From Patescibacteria group bacterium (GTDB lineage Bacteria; Patescibacteriota; Minisyncoccia; Phycocordibacterales; Phycocordibacteraceae): 64,000 nucleotides of DNA. Made by a program: the position numbers and the translations under genes. The notes below the pieces were generated by a model. The model had not been told where the DNA came from. It ran no database searches and saw only the letters and a program-made list of their open reading frames with translations. Location: assembly GCA_018971045.1 (NCBI GenBank), contig JAGWVF010000002.1, forward strand, positions 65,133 through 129,132. Direction: 5' to 3'. Positions within the stretch are counted from its first letter, which is position 1; the number at the start of each line of letters is the position of its first letter. Shown piece by piece: positions 9,322-18,770 of this stretch.

Positions 9322-10293
9322 ATGCCGTTTCCAAGATTTCCTGCTCTCCAGAAGCGGTATCGGTGGCGCATGGCGGCATCAATCGCCGGAATGCTTCTGG
9401 TCAGCTACGCGCTCGTATTCGCTCCGCCGTCTTCCTTCCCGTCAGGGACAGTTCTTCTCGTTCAGCGCGGAGAAGGCGTTCCCGACATCGTGAAGAAATT
9501 TGCTGACGCGCATATCGTCGCCCACCCGTCGGTGCTACGCTTTATTCTGCGCGTCATGGACGCGGGGAATACGGTACAAGCCGGCGCTTACCGTTTCCCC
9601 CGCCCAGAGAGCGTGCTTTCGGTTGCGTATCGCTTGAGTCATGGTGAGTACGGCATTCCCTCCGTCCGCATCACGGTGACGGAAGGCGCAACGGTCCGCG
9701 AATTAGCCGATCAGGTCGCCGCCGCGTTTCCGGAAATATCGGCGGAGGACATGCGCGCGGCGGGCATGAAATACGAAGGATATCTCTTTCCGGACACCTA
9801 CACCTTTCCGCCGGGAACCGACGCGGACTCGGTGATTGCCGCCATGCGCGGCAATTTCGAGACGAAAATCGCTCCTTTGAAGGAGAGCATCGCGGCATCG
9901 GGACACTCGCTCTCTGCTGTTATCACGATGGCATCGCTTCTTGAGAAGGAGGCGCGCACCCTTGAGAGCAAGAAGATGGTCGCGGGCATCTTGTGGAATC
10001 GTCTCGCGCTCGGTATGCCGCTTCAGGTCGACGCAGTTTTCGGGTATATTTATAATCGGGAGACGTACTCGCCCTCGTACGCCGACCTCAAAGTAGATTC
10101 TCCCTATAACACCTACCTTCATAAAGGCCTCCCGCCCGGACCCATCAATAATCCGGGACTCGAGAGCATCGAAGCGGCGTTGAGTCCCACGAAAACTCCC
10201 TATCTCTACTACCTCACGGGGAATGATAATCAAATGCATTACGCCTCAACCTACGCCGGCCACCTTGCCAACCAGCGAAGCTATTTGCGATAG
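9322..10293 (+). CDS. mltG: endolytic murein transglycosylase MltG (YceG family)
   Basis: 323 aa. N-terminal TM anchor and the YceG signature region (GYLFPDTYTF, LLEKEA, GLPPGPINNPG). Confidence 0.9.
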   Translation: MPFPRFPALQKRYRWRMAASIAGMLLVSYALVFAPPSSFPSGTVLLVQRGEGVPDIVKKFADAHIVAHPSVLRFILRVMDAGNTVQAGAYRFPRPESVLSVAYRLSHGEYGIPSVRITVTEGATVRELADQVAAAFPEISAEDMRAAGMKYEGYLFPDTYTFPPGTDADSVIAAMRGNFETKIAPLKESIAASGHSLSAVITMASLLEKEARTLESKKMVAGILWNRLALGMPLQVDAVFGYIYNRETYSPSYADLKVDSPYNTYLHKGLPPGPINNPGLESIEAALSPTKTPYLYYLTGNDNQMHYASTYAGHLANQRSYLR

Positions 10294-10359
10294 TCTTAAG
10301 GGGCGGAATACGAATAAGACCATAGCTAAAGAATCGATTTTTTGCTAAATTTTATTCAT

Positions 10360-12210
10360 ATGGAAAAGCACCCCCTACATCTCAAAAACCCAGAACTTCA
10401 GACTTCTCCTGAGGTCAATCGAGCTGTTGTTCAAGAAGAACGCCACACTGGCGAAAAAATGCCGAACGATCCTGGCGAGCGTATCGAAGCCTACATGGAT
10501 CGGCTTGAGAACATTTTCTTAAATCCGGACGAACGGAAGCGAGAGCGCAATCTCGAAATGTTCCGGGACAAGATTTATGACGCGCTCATCATAAAAAAAG
10601 AAAATTTTCCTGACAGCTATTTCGAACTCCAAAAGCGCATTGCGCGAGAGCGCGGCCAAGCCGTGGAAGAAATTCCGGAAAACGTCCGCGAGCAGATGAT
10701 GGACGTAGCCATCGATGATCAGAGGGCCTCGCTCGACGCATGGATCAACTACCTCGCCTCCGATGACGCCGTATATCCGGCGTGGTTCAAATACTACGCC
10801 TGGAATCAGATCACCAAGCTCTCCCAGTTCGACAAGGAGCGGGGCGAGTTCAAGAAGCGTACCGCTTCGACGGTCGCACCCTTTCCCGATATCTATCGCG
10901 AGCCATTAGCGCAGATCGCCGATCTCTACGAACGCGTCAAAGACGACAATAAAGACTCGGAAGCCCGTCGCGAATTCGACAAGAAGTTCCCCGTGCTCTA
11001 TGCCGAGCTCATCCAGAAATCACTCGCGGCACAGATAGAGAACAAGGAGAACGTCTCCGGGCAATGGGTGAAGTATGAGCAAGGAGACAGCGAAGCGGCG
11101 GAGAAACTTTATCAATCGCTCGAGGGCAAGGGCACCGGCTGGTGCACGGCCGGACATTCTACGGCGCAGGCGCAAATTAATAGCGGAGACTTTTATGTCT
11201 ACTACACCAATGACTCAAACGGCGAGCCGACCCAACCTCGTCTTGCCATTCGTATGAATGGCGACAACCGAATCGGCGAAGTGAGAGGCATCCTCCCTCA
11301 TCAAGGCGTTGAGCCGATCATGCAGGAAGTGCTTGATACCAAACTTCAAGAATTCGGCGGCGAAGCGGACGCATACCGCAAGAAAAGCGCGGATATGAAA
11401 ATGCTCACTGCGCTTGATCAGAAGAAAGAACAGGATCAACCCTTTGATAAGGACGATCTTGTATTCCTCTACGAAATCAATTCATCCATTGAAGGCTTCG
11501 GCTACCAGACCGATCCGCGCATCGCCGAACTCCGTCAAGAACGAAACGTCGAGGAAGACATGCTCACGATCTTTGAATGCACGAAAGACGAGATCGCTTA
11601 CGTCCCAAGCCAGATCACGAAAGACACTAAAGCCTATGTCGGACAGCTTGAGCCGGGCATCTTCCAGAAACTGCCCGAAGGTCTTGAGCATATGTACACT
11701 TCTTTCCCTGAAAAGAAAATCCGTAGGGATAGCATCGAGGTCGGCGGCAAGTCCGCGGAACAGCTCATATCCGAACTAAAAGCGGCAGGCATCCAGATTA
11801 CAAACAATGCAATGAGAATGCTTCTGAACAAGAAAGCATTCATTCCGACAAAAGATCTCGAGGATATGACCCTTATTCGCCTCGCTGTCGACGACCTCCT
11901 CGACTTCGAGCAGGATCCGTCCACCGATCGAATATTCGAGCGAGCGCAAGAGCTCGGTCTGGAAATCTGCCCGCCGGATACCGGCCCGGCTTGGCGCCTT
12001 AAGTATCGCAACCAGCCTTCGGGAAGATTGTTCATCGGCATGAAGCCAATCACTTGCTCCGACGGCCGCTCGCTCGGCCGCTCGTTCGTGTTCGGCCTGA
12101 CCCGGACCGACGACGGCGGCTTGTGGCTGTCCAACGATTGGGCGGATCCCGACGGCGAGTGGTTTCCGTACGACACGTTCGCGTTCCGTCTCCGCAAGCC
12201 TGAAGCTTAA
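10360..12210 (+). CDS. large hypothetical protein (616 aa), locally lower GC
   Basis: Long ORF with no recognisable domain. Preceded by an AT-rich segment. An alternative TTG start lies at 10342. GC by eye is about 50% against the ~60% window average. Confidence 0.6.
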   Translation: MEKHPLHLKNPELQTSPEVNRAVVQEERHTGEKMPNDPGERIEAYMDRLENIFLNPDERKRERNLEMFRDKIYDALIIKKENFPDSYFELQKRIARERGQAVEEIPENVREQMMDVAIDDQRASLDAWINYLASDDAVYPAWFKYYAWNQITKLSQFDKERGEFKKRTASTVAPFPDIYREPLAQIADLYERVKDDNKDSEARREFDKKFPVLYAELIQKSLAAQIENKENVSGQWVKYEQGDSEAAEKLYQSLEGKGTGWCTAGHSTAQAQINSGDFYVYYTNDSNGEPTQPRLAIRMNGDNRIGEVRGILPHQGVEPIMQEVLDTKLQEFGGEADAYRKKSADMKMLTALDQKKEQDQPFDKDDLVFLYEINSSIEGFGYQTDPRIAELRQERNVEEDMLTIFECTKDEIAYVPSQITKDTKAYVGQLEPGIFQKLPEGLEHMYTSFPEKKIRRDSIEVGGKSAEQLISELKAAGIQITNNAMRMLLNKKAFIPTKDLEDMTLIRLAVDDLLDFEQDPSTDRIFERAQELGLEICPPDTGPAWRLKYRNQPSGRLFIGMKPITCSDGRSLGRSFVFGLTRTDDGGLWLSNDWADPDGEWFPYDTFAFRLRKPEA

Positions 12211-12272
12211 ACTCATTGTCTCTTTGTATTTTTCTGATTCTTTGGCTCTTGGATTCGGTGAAAGAAACGAAT

Positions 12273-13307
12273 ATGATCAGAATTTGGAATAAGTACGAAC
12301 AATTAAATACCCCTCTTAAAAGAAAGATATTTGTTGGGCTCTCGGGGGGTGTGGACTCGGCAGTGTCTGCCGCGCTTTTGAAACAAGCGGGAGCGCGCGT
12401 GACGGGCGTGTTTATCAAGGGGTGGTATCCCCCAGGGATACCGTGCGGGTGGGCGGCCGAGCGCCGCGACGCCATGCGGGTCGCGGCGCGGCTCTCGATC
12501 CCGTTTCTTACGCTTGACGCGAGCGAGGAATATAAAAAGGGCGTCATCGAGTATCTGCTTGACGAGTATCGCGCGGGGCGGACTCCGAATCCCGATGTGA
12601 TGTGCAATCGCGAAGTAAAGTTCGGCGCGTTTTATCGATTCATGAAGGCCGAGGGAGCCGATGCCATGGCGACCGGACACTACCGGAGCGGCGCAAAGGA
12701 TCAGAGTTATTTTTTATGGGCGGTGCCAAAGGAAATTCTTGAAACGGCGCTCTTTCCGGTCGGAGATCTGGAAAAAGAAAGGGTGCGCGCGCTCGCGGCT
12801 ACCTTCAACCTTCCGGTCGCCACGAAAAAAGACAGTCAGGGCGTCTGCTTTCTTGGGAATGTATCGGTTGACGAGTTCCTGCGGAGTGAATTCGGCACTA
12901 ATCCTGGCGTAGCCGTTGAGAGCTCGGGGCGGGTCGTCGGTGAGCACGATGGCGCACTTCTCTCTACCCTTGGCCAACGGGTGGCGCTCCGGAACGCCGT
13001 GGAGGAGGGGCCGTGGTTCGTGCTCTCGAAAGACATCAAGAAGAATGAATTGCGCGTCGAGAAGCGTAGCACGCAAAAGCGTATCAGTGCGCCGCGCGAA
13101 ATCCGATTTACTGACGCGAATTGGATCCAGGAGGCGGCACAAGCGACTGAAGCGCAGTACCGGTATCGCGGAGAGCACGTGCCCGGCCGCGTTTTTAATG
13201 ACCGCTTTATCGCCGCCGCGCCGCTCTCCGAGCCGCCCGCGCCAGGACAGTCGCTTGTGTTCTATGGCGCCAACGGACTCGCGGGCGGTGGTATCATTGC
13301 GGCATGA
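12273..13307 (+). CDS. mnmA: tRNA-specific 2-thiouridylase MnmA
   Basis: PP-loop motif VGLSGGVDSAV and the conserved catalytic Cys region. The start is taken at the internal ATG (MIRIWNKY); the ORF track begins at 12216. Confidence 0.9.
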   Translation: MIRIWNKYEQLNTPLKRKIFVGLSGGVDSAVSAALLKQAGARVTGVFIKGWYPPGIPCGWAAERRDAMRVAARLSIPFLTLDASEEYKKGVIEYLLDEYRAGRTPNPDVMCNREVKFGAFYRFMKAEGADAMATGHYRSGAKDQSYFLWAVPKEILETALFPVGDLEKERVRALAATFNLPVATKKDSQGVCFLGNVSVDEFLRSEFGTNPGVAVESSGRVVGEHDGALLSTLGQRVALRNAVEEGPWFVLSKDIKKNELRVEKRSTQKRISAPREIRFTDANWIQEAAQATEAQYRYRGEHVPGRVFNDRFIAAAPLSEPPAPGQSLVFYGANGLAGGGIIAA

Positions 13308-13714
13308 ATCAGAAACGCTTGTGGATCTCCGCGGCTATTATCGGCGTGTTTATTTTTATCGGATTCGTACTGTCCGTGCCGCATACCACGCGCGACGCGG
13401 TCCCGATCGAGAAACAAAACGCTGCCGCCGCGCCGACAGTCGCTCTGCGCGACACGTATAAGAAGGGCGTGCATCTGTTCGCTGGCTCGCTCTTAGTACC
13501 GACCGCCTGCACTACGGCGAGCACGACTGCCAGCCTCATCGGCGCGGCATCGAGCACCGAGAGCATCCTAATCGCGCTCTCGCTCTCAACCGACGCGCGC
13601 GTTTGTCTTCAGTTGCCGACGCAAGTTACTTTTTCGGCCGTGCTTGTCGCTCCAGACACGCTCCCGATTACGGTGACGGTAGACGGAGTCGTGGCGAGCA
13701 CGACCGCGCTATGA
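13304..13714 (+). CDS. small membrane-anchored protein (hypothetical)
   Basis: 136 aa. One N-terminal TM helix then an Ala/Thr/Ser-rich region. ATGA overlaps at both ends (with mnmA and with the 13711 gene). Confidence 0.5.
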   Translation: MNQKRLWISAAIIGVFIFIGFVLSVPHTTRDAVPIEKQNAAAAPTVALRDTYKKGVHLFAGSLLVPTACTTASTTASLIGAASSTESILIALSLSTDARVCLQLPTQVTFSAVLVAPDTLPITVTVDGVVASTTAL

Positions 13715-14550
13715 CGGAACACCCGATTATTATCAAGGCCGATGGAGCAACCGAGGTCTTCGATCCGACTCGTTTGATGATGTCGCTTGAGCAAGCGGGC
13801 GCCGGCGTGCACTCCGCCGAACGCATCGCGCGTTCGATCGCCGCGACGGTACACGCGGGCGCGTCCTCAAAGGACATTTATTCTCGCGCGTTTGCGATGT
13901 TGCGGAAAGAGGCGCGGCCGGTTGCGGCCCGTTACGCGCTTCGGCGAGCGCTCCTCGAGCTTGGACCGACGGGGCACCCGTTTGAAGATTTCGTCTCGCA
14001 TCTCTTTCGCAAAGAAGGCTGGCAGGTCGAGACGCGCAAGCTTATTCAGGGGAAGTGCGTTCAGCACGAAGTTGATTTTTACGCGGCGCATCCGGAACAG
14101 AACACCTATCTCGCGGCGGAGCTCAAATACCATAATGATCCGAGTTACAAAACCGATCTTAAGGTCGCTCTCTATGTCAAAAGCCGATTCGACGATATTT
14201 TCTCCTGTGATCCTGAAGCCCGATCTTGCCCTATCGATCGCGGCCTCCTCGTGACGAATACGAAGTTCACCTCGGAAGCGATCGCCTACGCGCAGTGCTC
14301 GGGCGTCGAGCTTCTTGGGTGGGGGTATCCTATCGACAACACTCTGTACATGCATATGAATCGTCTGAAGGTCTTTCCCATCACGGCGCTCACGACGTTC
14401 TCGCTCTCGGAGAAGCGATTACTCATAGAGAGCGGGGTGATTGCCGTGGACGAGGTCGCGCGCGACCGCAGTCTTCTCGACGTACTCCACCTCTCGAGTG
14501 AACGGGTTGGCGAAGTCCTCGCCGAAGCCGAGGGATTACTGGAGAGCTGA
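13711..14550 (+). CDS. ATP-cone domain + Mrr-like (PD-(D/E)XK) restriction-endonuclease-fold protein
   Basis: N-terminus IIIKADGATEVFDPTRLMMSLEQAG...AERIARSI resembles an ATP-cone (NrdR/RNR-type). Central region FEDFVSHLFRKEGWQVE...HEVDFYAAH...AAELKYH matches the Mrr_cat D...(E)xK core. Confidence 0.65.
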   Translation: MTEHPIIIKADGATEVFDPTRLMMSLEQAGAGVHSAERIARSIAATVHAGASSKDIYSRAFAMLRKEARPVAARYALRRALLELGPTGHPFEDFVSHLFRKEGWQVETRKLIQGKCVQHEVDFYAAHPEQNTYLAAELKYHNDPSYKTDLKVALYVKSRFDDIFSCDPEARSCPIDRGLLVTNTKFTSEAIAYAQCSGVELLGWGYPIDNTLYMHMNRLKVFPITALTTFSLSEKRLLIESGVIAVDEVARDRSLLDVLHLSSERVGEVLAEAEGLLES

Positions 14551-15810
14551 CCGGCGCGCGTATTTGAGTTCTTCGCGCGCGACGGCTGCATCGCTCCACG
14601 GGATGCGGGTGCCGTTCGGACCCATGATGTACGGGCCGGCGCCCTTACCGGTGATGATGACGGCGGAACCTTTGGGAGCGATAGAGAAGGCTTTGCGCAT
14701 GGCAAGGCGGCGATCTTCTATGTATTCATGCTGGTGCATGCGGATTCCACTCGCGACATCGTCGGCGATCGCCCTCGGAGATTCGTCATAAGGATCTTCG
14801 GTGGTGAGGATAATGTACTCACAGTGCTTGTCGGCAACCGCGCCCATCACAGCGCGCTTCGCGACATCGCGCCCGCCGCCGGTTCCGCCGAGGATTCCGA
14901 TGAGGTGATGATTCTTATAGACCGTATACGCGCGTTCGAGCGAGTCGGCCGTGTGCGCGTAGTCGATAATGACAGTGAAATTCTGCCCTTCCTCGATACG
15001 CTCCATCCTGCCTGGGACGAGCTTGAACTTTTCAAGCGCGGATTTGATACTCTCGGAAGCTATGCCGAGAGATTCGGCGAGCGTCGCGGCCGCGAGCGCG
15101 TTCATGATATTAAATTCGCCCGGCAAATTGAGATGGATATTCGCGCCGCGCCAGACCATATTTCCGCCTTCAGGCGAGGTGGTGAACGGTTCTGCGTCGC
15201 GGATGCTGTAAGTGCGCTTAATGCCAGCATGCACCGCAAGGAATTTCTCGGCCTCGGCGTCATCGCGGTTTACCACGATGGTGTGGCGGAGCGCAGCGCC
15301 TTTTTCAAGCTGGCGCGCGAGGCTGAGCTTCGCCGCGACGTAGTTCTCGTAGGATCCGTGCGATTCGATATGTTCGGGCGAAAGGTTGGTGAATATGAGC
15401 GCGTCAAGGTCGACAAAGACGTGGCGAAATTGCTTCGCCCCCTCCGAAGTCATCTCGATAACGGCGTGAGTGCATCCGGCATCGATCGCGCGGCGGAAGA
15501 ATCGCTGTAACAATGTCCGCCCGAGCATGCTGCGTTTCGTGAGATTCTGTTCGCTCTTTCCGGCGATTTTGAGGTGGTTGGTATTCGCGAGCGCTACGGT
15601 ATGGCCGGCCTCTTCGAGAATAGCCGCAAGGAGTTCAGTGGTAGTCGTCTTGCCTTTGGTGCCGGTTACGCCGATCACAAAGAGCCGTTTTGAAGGGAAG
15701 CCGAAGCGCATCGCGCCTATGCCCGCGAGGAGATAATGGTAGACCGGTTGGAGGAGCGAAAAAAGCCGTTTCGGAATGTATTTCTTCGCTATTTTAAGGA
15801 ATGTTTCCAT
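14536..15810 (-). CDS. murE: Mur ligase family protein, MurE-like (UDP-MurNAc-L-Ala-D-Glu:diamino acid ligase)
   Basis: 424 aa. P-loop GVTGTKGKTTT, Mur ligase central and C-terminal domains (DYAHT, HxxG region). Confidence 0.75.
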   Translation of the reverse strand: METFLKIAKKYIPKRLFSLLQPVYHYLLAGIGAMRFGFPSKRLFVIGVTGTKGKTTTTELLAAILEEAGHTVALANTNHLKIAGKSEQNLTKRSMLGRTLLQRFFRRAIDAGCTHAVIEMTSEGAKQFRHVFVDLDALIFTNLSPEHIESHGSYENYVAAKLSLARQLEKGAALRHTIVVNRDDAEAEKFLAVHAGIKRTYSIRDAEPFTTSPEGGNMVWRGANIHLNLPGEFNIMNALAAATLAESLGIASESIKSALEKFKLVPGRMERIEEGQNFTVIIDYAHTADSLERAYTVYKNHHLIGILGGTGGGRDVAKRAVMGAVADKHCEYIILTTEDPYDESPRAIADDVASGIRMHQHEYIEDRRLAMRKAFSIAPKGSAVIITGKGAGPYIMGPNGTRIPWSDAAVAREELKYARRSALQ

Positions 15811-15830
15811 GCGTGGTATAGTAGCTCAAT

Positions 15831-17690
15831 ATGTGTGGCATCGCCGGTATCATTCGCCCCGAGAAGAGGGGGCAAGAAGCGCTTGATCAGATGCTGGACC
15901 GTATTATACACCGCGGACCGGACGACAGCGGGACCTACGTCGACGCCTCTATCGCGCTTGGGATGCGGCGGCTGAGCATTATTGACGTCGCCGGCGGGAA
16001 ACAGCCGATCTCTTCCGAGGACGGCTCGCTCATCATCGTCTTTAACGGCGAGATTTACAATTTCAAAGAACTGCGTCGAGGGCTTGTAGCGCGGAATCAC
16101 CTATTCAAAACCGATTCCGATACTGAAGTCATTTTGCATCTTTATGAGGAATACGGACCTGCGGCGGTACGAAAACTGCGCGGTATGTTTACTTTTTTCA
16201 TTTACGATATGAAGAAAGGGAAGATCTTCGTAGCGCGCGACCCCTTCGGCATCAAGCCGCTCTATTACCTTGAAGAAAACGGCGCGAAGCGCGCGTTCGC
16301 ATCAGAAATAAAAAGCCTTCTCGCGTATCCCGGGTATCAAAAAGAGATCAATGAAGAAGCGATGTACCAATATCTTTCGTTCCAATACAATCCGCTTCGC
16401 GAGACGTTCTTCCGCGGAATCTATCGACTGCCGCCCGCAACGACGCTCCTTATCGATGCGTCGACCGGAGAAGCGGAAGAGCAGGTCTATTGGGATTACG
16501 AATTCCAGGAAGACGCGGAGATGGAAGAACATTCCGCGACCGAGAAGCTCGAGAGTCTTTTGAAAGATTCAGTCGAGCACCACCTGCTCAGCGATGTGCC
16601 ATTGGGCGCGTTTCTTTCCGGCGGCATCGACAGCGCGCTGATCGTGGGAGCCATTCGCGCGATCCATCCGACCGGTGAACTGAGGACATTTACCATCGGA
16701 TCGAAAGAAATCAATGAATTTAACGAGGCGCGCGAGCAGTCCGACGCTCTCCATACGACGCATACCGAGATCGTGCTCGATCCTGACGAATACTTCGCGC
16801 TGCTCCCGCGCATCGCGTGGCACTTTGACGAGCCGGTCGCCGATCCGGCCGCGATCGCGCTTTACTTCCTCGCGCGCGAGGCGCGGAAGCACGTGAAGGT
16901 GGTGCTCTCGGGCGAGGGCGCCGACGAGCTCTTCGGCGGCTACGGAATCTATCGCGAACCGTACTCCTTTGCGCGTTTTGAAAAGAGCGTGCCGAGGGCG
17001 CTGCGCTCGCTACTGCTTTTCTTCGCCCGCGTTCCCGTCCCCGTTCGCGGCATGAATTTTCTGCGCCGGTACCGAAAGCCGCTCGCGGATCGCTATATCG
17101 GCAATGCGTATATCTTCTCGGACGCTGAAGCTCGGAGAATCTGGCGCGGGAAGCCGCACGCGCGCATGAACCTCAAACCGCTGTATGAGAACGTGAAGAT
17201 GCTCTCGGAACCGACGCAGATGCAGTATATCGATATGCATACGTGGCTTCCGGGCGACATTCTCGCAAAAGCGGATAAGATGACGATGGCGCATTCGCTT
17301 GAATTGCGCGTGCCCTTTCTCGATATGAAAGTCGCGAACTTCGCGCGCATGATTCCGGACGCGCTGCGGTATAAGGACGGCACGGTGGGGAATGCGAAGT
17401 ATCTTTTGCGGAAGGCGGCGAAGGCATTCGTACCGCCTACGACCCAGAGACGCACCAAGCTCGGCTTTCCCATTCCGCTCGCCGAGTGGTTGCGGAATCG
17501 TTCCGACTGGCAGGAAAAATTACTCACGCATCCTTTCTTAAAAAAATATTTTGATATGGAGCTCGTGCAGGAGCTAGCTCGCGACCATATCTCGGGAGCG
17601 CGAAACAATGCCCGCAAGATCTTCATCTTCATGATGCTTGCGGCATGGTATGATGCCTACTTCACCGACGCGCTCACGCGTATTCAATAA
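15831..17690 (+). CDS. asnB: asparagine synthase (glutamine-hydrolysing) AsnB
   Basis: 619 aa. N-terminal MCGIAG Ntn-amidotransferase start and the PP-loop SGGIDS. Confidence 0.9.
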   Translation: MCGIAGIIRPEKRGQEALDQMLDRIIHRGPDDSGTYVDASIALGMRRLSIIDVAGGKQPISSEDGSLIIVFNGEIYNFKELRRGLVARNHLFKTDSDTEVILHLYEEYGPAAVRKLRGMFTFFIYDMKKGKIFVARDPFGIKPLYYLEENGAKRAFASEIKSLLAYPGYQKEINEEAMYQYLSFQYNPLRETFFRGIYRLPPATTLLIDASTGEAEEQVYWDYEFQEDAEMEEHSATEKLESLLKDSVEHHLLSDVPLGAFLSGGIDSALIVGAIRAIHPTGELRTFTIGSKEINEFNEAREQSDALHTTHTEIVLDPDEYFALLPRIAWHFDEPVADPAAIALYFLAREARKHVKVVLSGEGADELFGGYGIYREPYSFARFEKSVPRALRSLLLFFARVPVPVRGMNFLRRYRKPLADRYIGNAYIFSDAEARRIWRGKPHARMNLKPLYENVKMLSEPTQMQYIDMHTWLPGDILAKADKMTMAHSLELRVPFLDMKVANFARMIPDALRYKDGTVGNAKYLLRKAAKAFVPPTTQRRTKLGFPIPLAEWLRNRSDWQEKLLTHPFLKKYFDMELVQELARDHISGARNNARKIFIFMMLAAWYDAYFTDALTRIQ

Positions 17691-17698
17691 TAAATACT

Positions 17699-18490
17699 AT
17701 GGCGACAAAATCTCCGCGCACCGGCAGCATCTTCGATCCGCATTCTGCGGAGCCGTTTAAAGTAAGTCGATCAAAAATCGATCTTTTCACCGAATGTCCG
17801 CGTTGCGCCTATCTCGATATGCGTCTTGGCGTAAAACGCCCCTCGACGCCCTCCTTCACGCTTAATAACGCCGTCGACGAGCTCCTGAAACGGGAGTTTG
17901 ATATCCATCGGGCCGCCGGCAGTACGCATCCGCTTGTCGAGAAATACGGCCTCAATGCCGTTCCGCTTGCCGACGACCGGCTCGAAGAATGGCGCGACGC
18001 TCTGCGCCGGGGAATCGCGTATCTGCATGAACCGACCAATATTCTCGTGCGCGGCGGCATCGACGACGTATGGGTCAATCCGAAGGGCGACCTCATCGTC
18101 GTAGACTACAAGGCAACGAGTAAAAAAGTCGGCCCGAGTACCGAGGATGATCTGTATGACGCGTATAAGCGGCAGGTTGAGATTTACCAGTGGCTCTTCC
18201 GCAGGAACGGCTTTTCGGTCTCGCCGACGGCGTATTTCGTTTATGTGAACGGAAAATCCGATGCCAAAGCGTTCGACGCGAAGCTTGAGTTTGACGTCGA
18301 ACTGATCCCGTACGCCGGTAGCGACGCGTGGGTCGAGCCGGCGATCTATGACTTGAAGAAGATGCTTATGAGCGATGAGATCCCGCCGGTCGGCACCTCT
18401 TTCGGCGGCGGACCGTGCGAGCACTGCACGTATCGCGAGGCGGCGGGCAAGGAGCTTCAAGCGCTCCACGCTAAGAATAAGAAAGCGTAG
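17699..18490 (+). CDS. Cas4-like PD-(D/E)XK nuclease with 4-Cys Fe-S cluster signature
   Basis: 263 aa. One N-terminal Cys (ECPRCAYL) plus C-terminal GGGPCEHCTYR. Nuclease motifs GIDDV...VVDYKATSK...QVEIYQWL. Confidence 0.7.
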   Translation: MATKSPRTGSIFDPHSAEPFKVSRSKIDLFTECPRCAYLDMRLGVKRPSTPSFTLNNAVDELLKREFDIHRAAGSTHPLVEKYGLNAVPLADDRLEEWRDALRRGIAYLHEPTNILVRGGIDDVWVNPKGDLIVVDYKATSKKVGPSTEDDLYDAYKRQVEIYQWLFRRNGFSVSPTAYFVYVNGKSDAKAFDAKLEFDVELIPYAGSDAWVEPAIYDLKKMLMSDEIPPVGTSFGGGPCEHCTYREAAGKELQALHAKNKKA

Positions 18491-18493
18491 CGC

Positions 18494-18766
18494 ATGGCCC
18501 GCTCATTCGCCGATCGGGTGCGCGACGTGGTTCGTCAGATTCCGAGGGGCGAGACGCGAACGTATGGCGAGGTGGCCGCGGCGGCAGGACATCCCGGAGC
18601 GGCGCGCGCTGTGGGTACGATCATGAAAAACAATTATGATCCGAGCGTTCCGTGCCATCGCGTAGTGCGCCGCGACGGCGTGCTCGGGGACTATAATCGC
18701 GGCGGAAGCGCGGAGAAGGCGAGACTGCTCAATTCAGAAAGAAAGTTAGGACATCGGATGTCCTAA
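18494..18766 (+). CDS. methylated-DNA-protein-cysteine methyltransferase family protein (DNA-binding/active-site domain only)
   Basis: 90 aa. MGMT C-terminal domain with the active-site PCHRV motif. Confidence 0.8.
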   Translation: MARSFADRVRDVVRQIPRGETRTYGEVAAAAGHPGAARAVGTIMKNNYDPSVPCHRVVRRDGVLGDYNRGGSAEKARLLNSERKLGHRMS

Positions 18767-18770
18767 TAAT

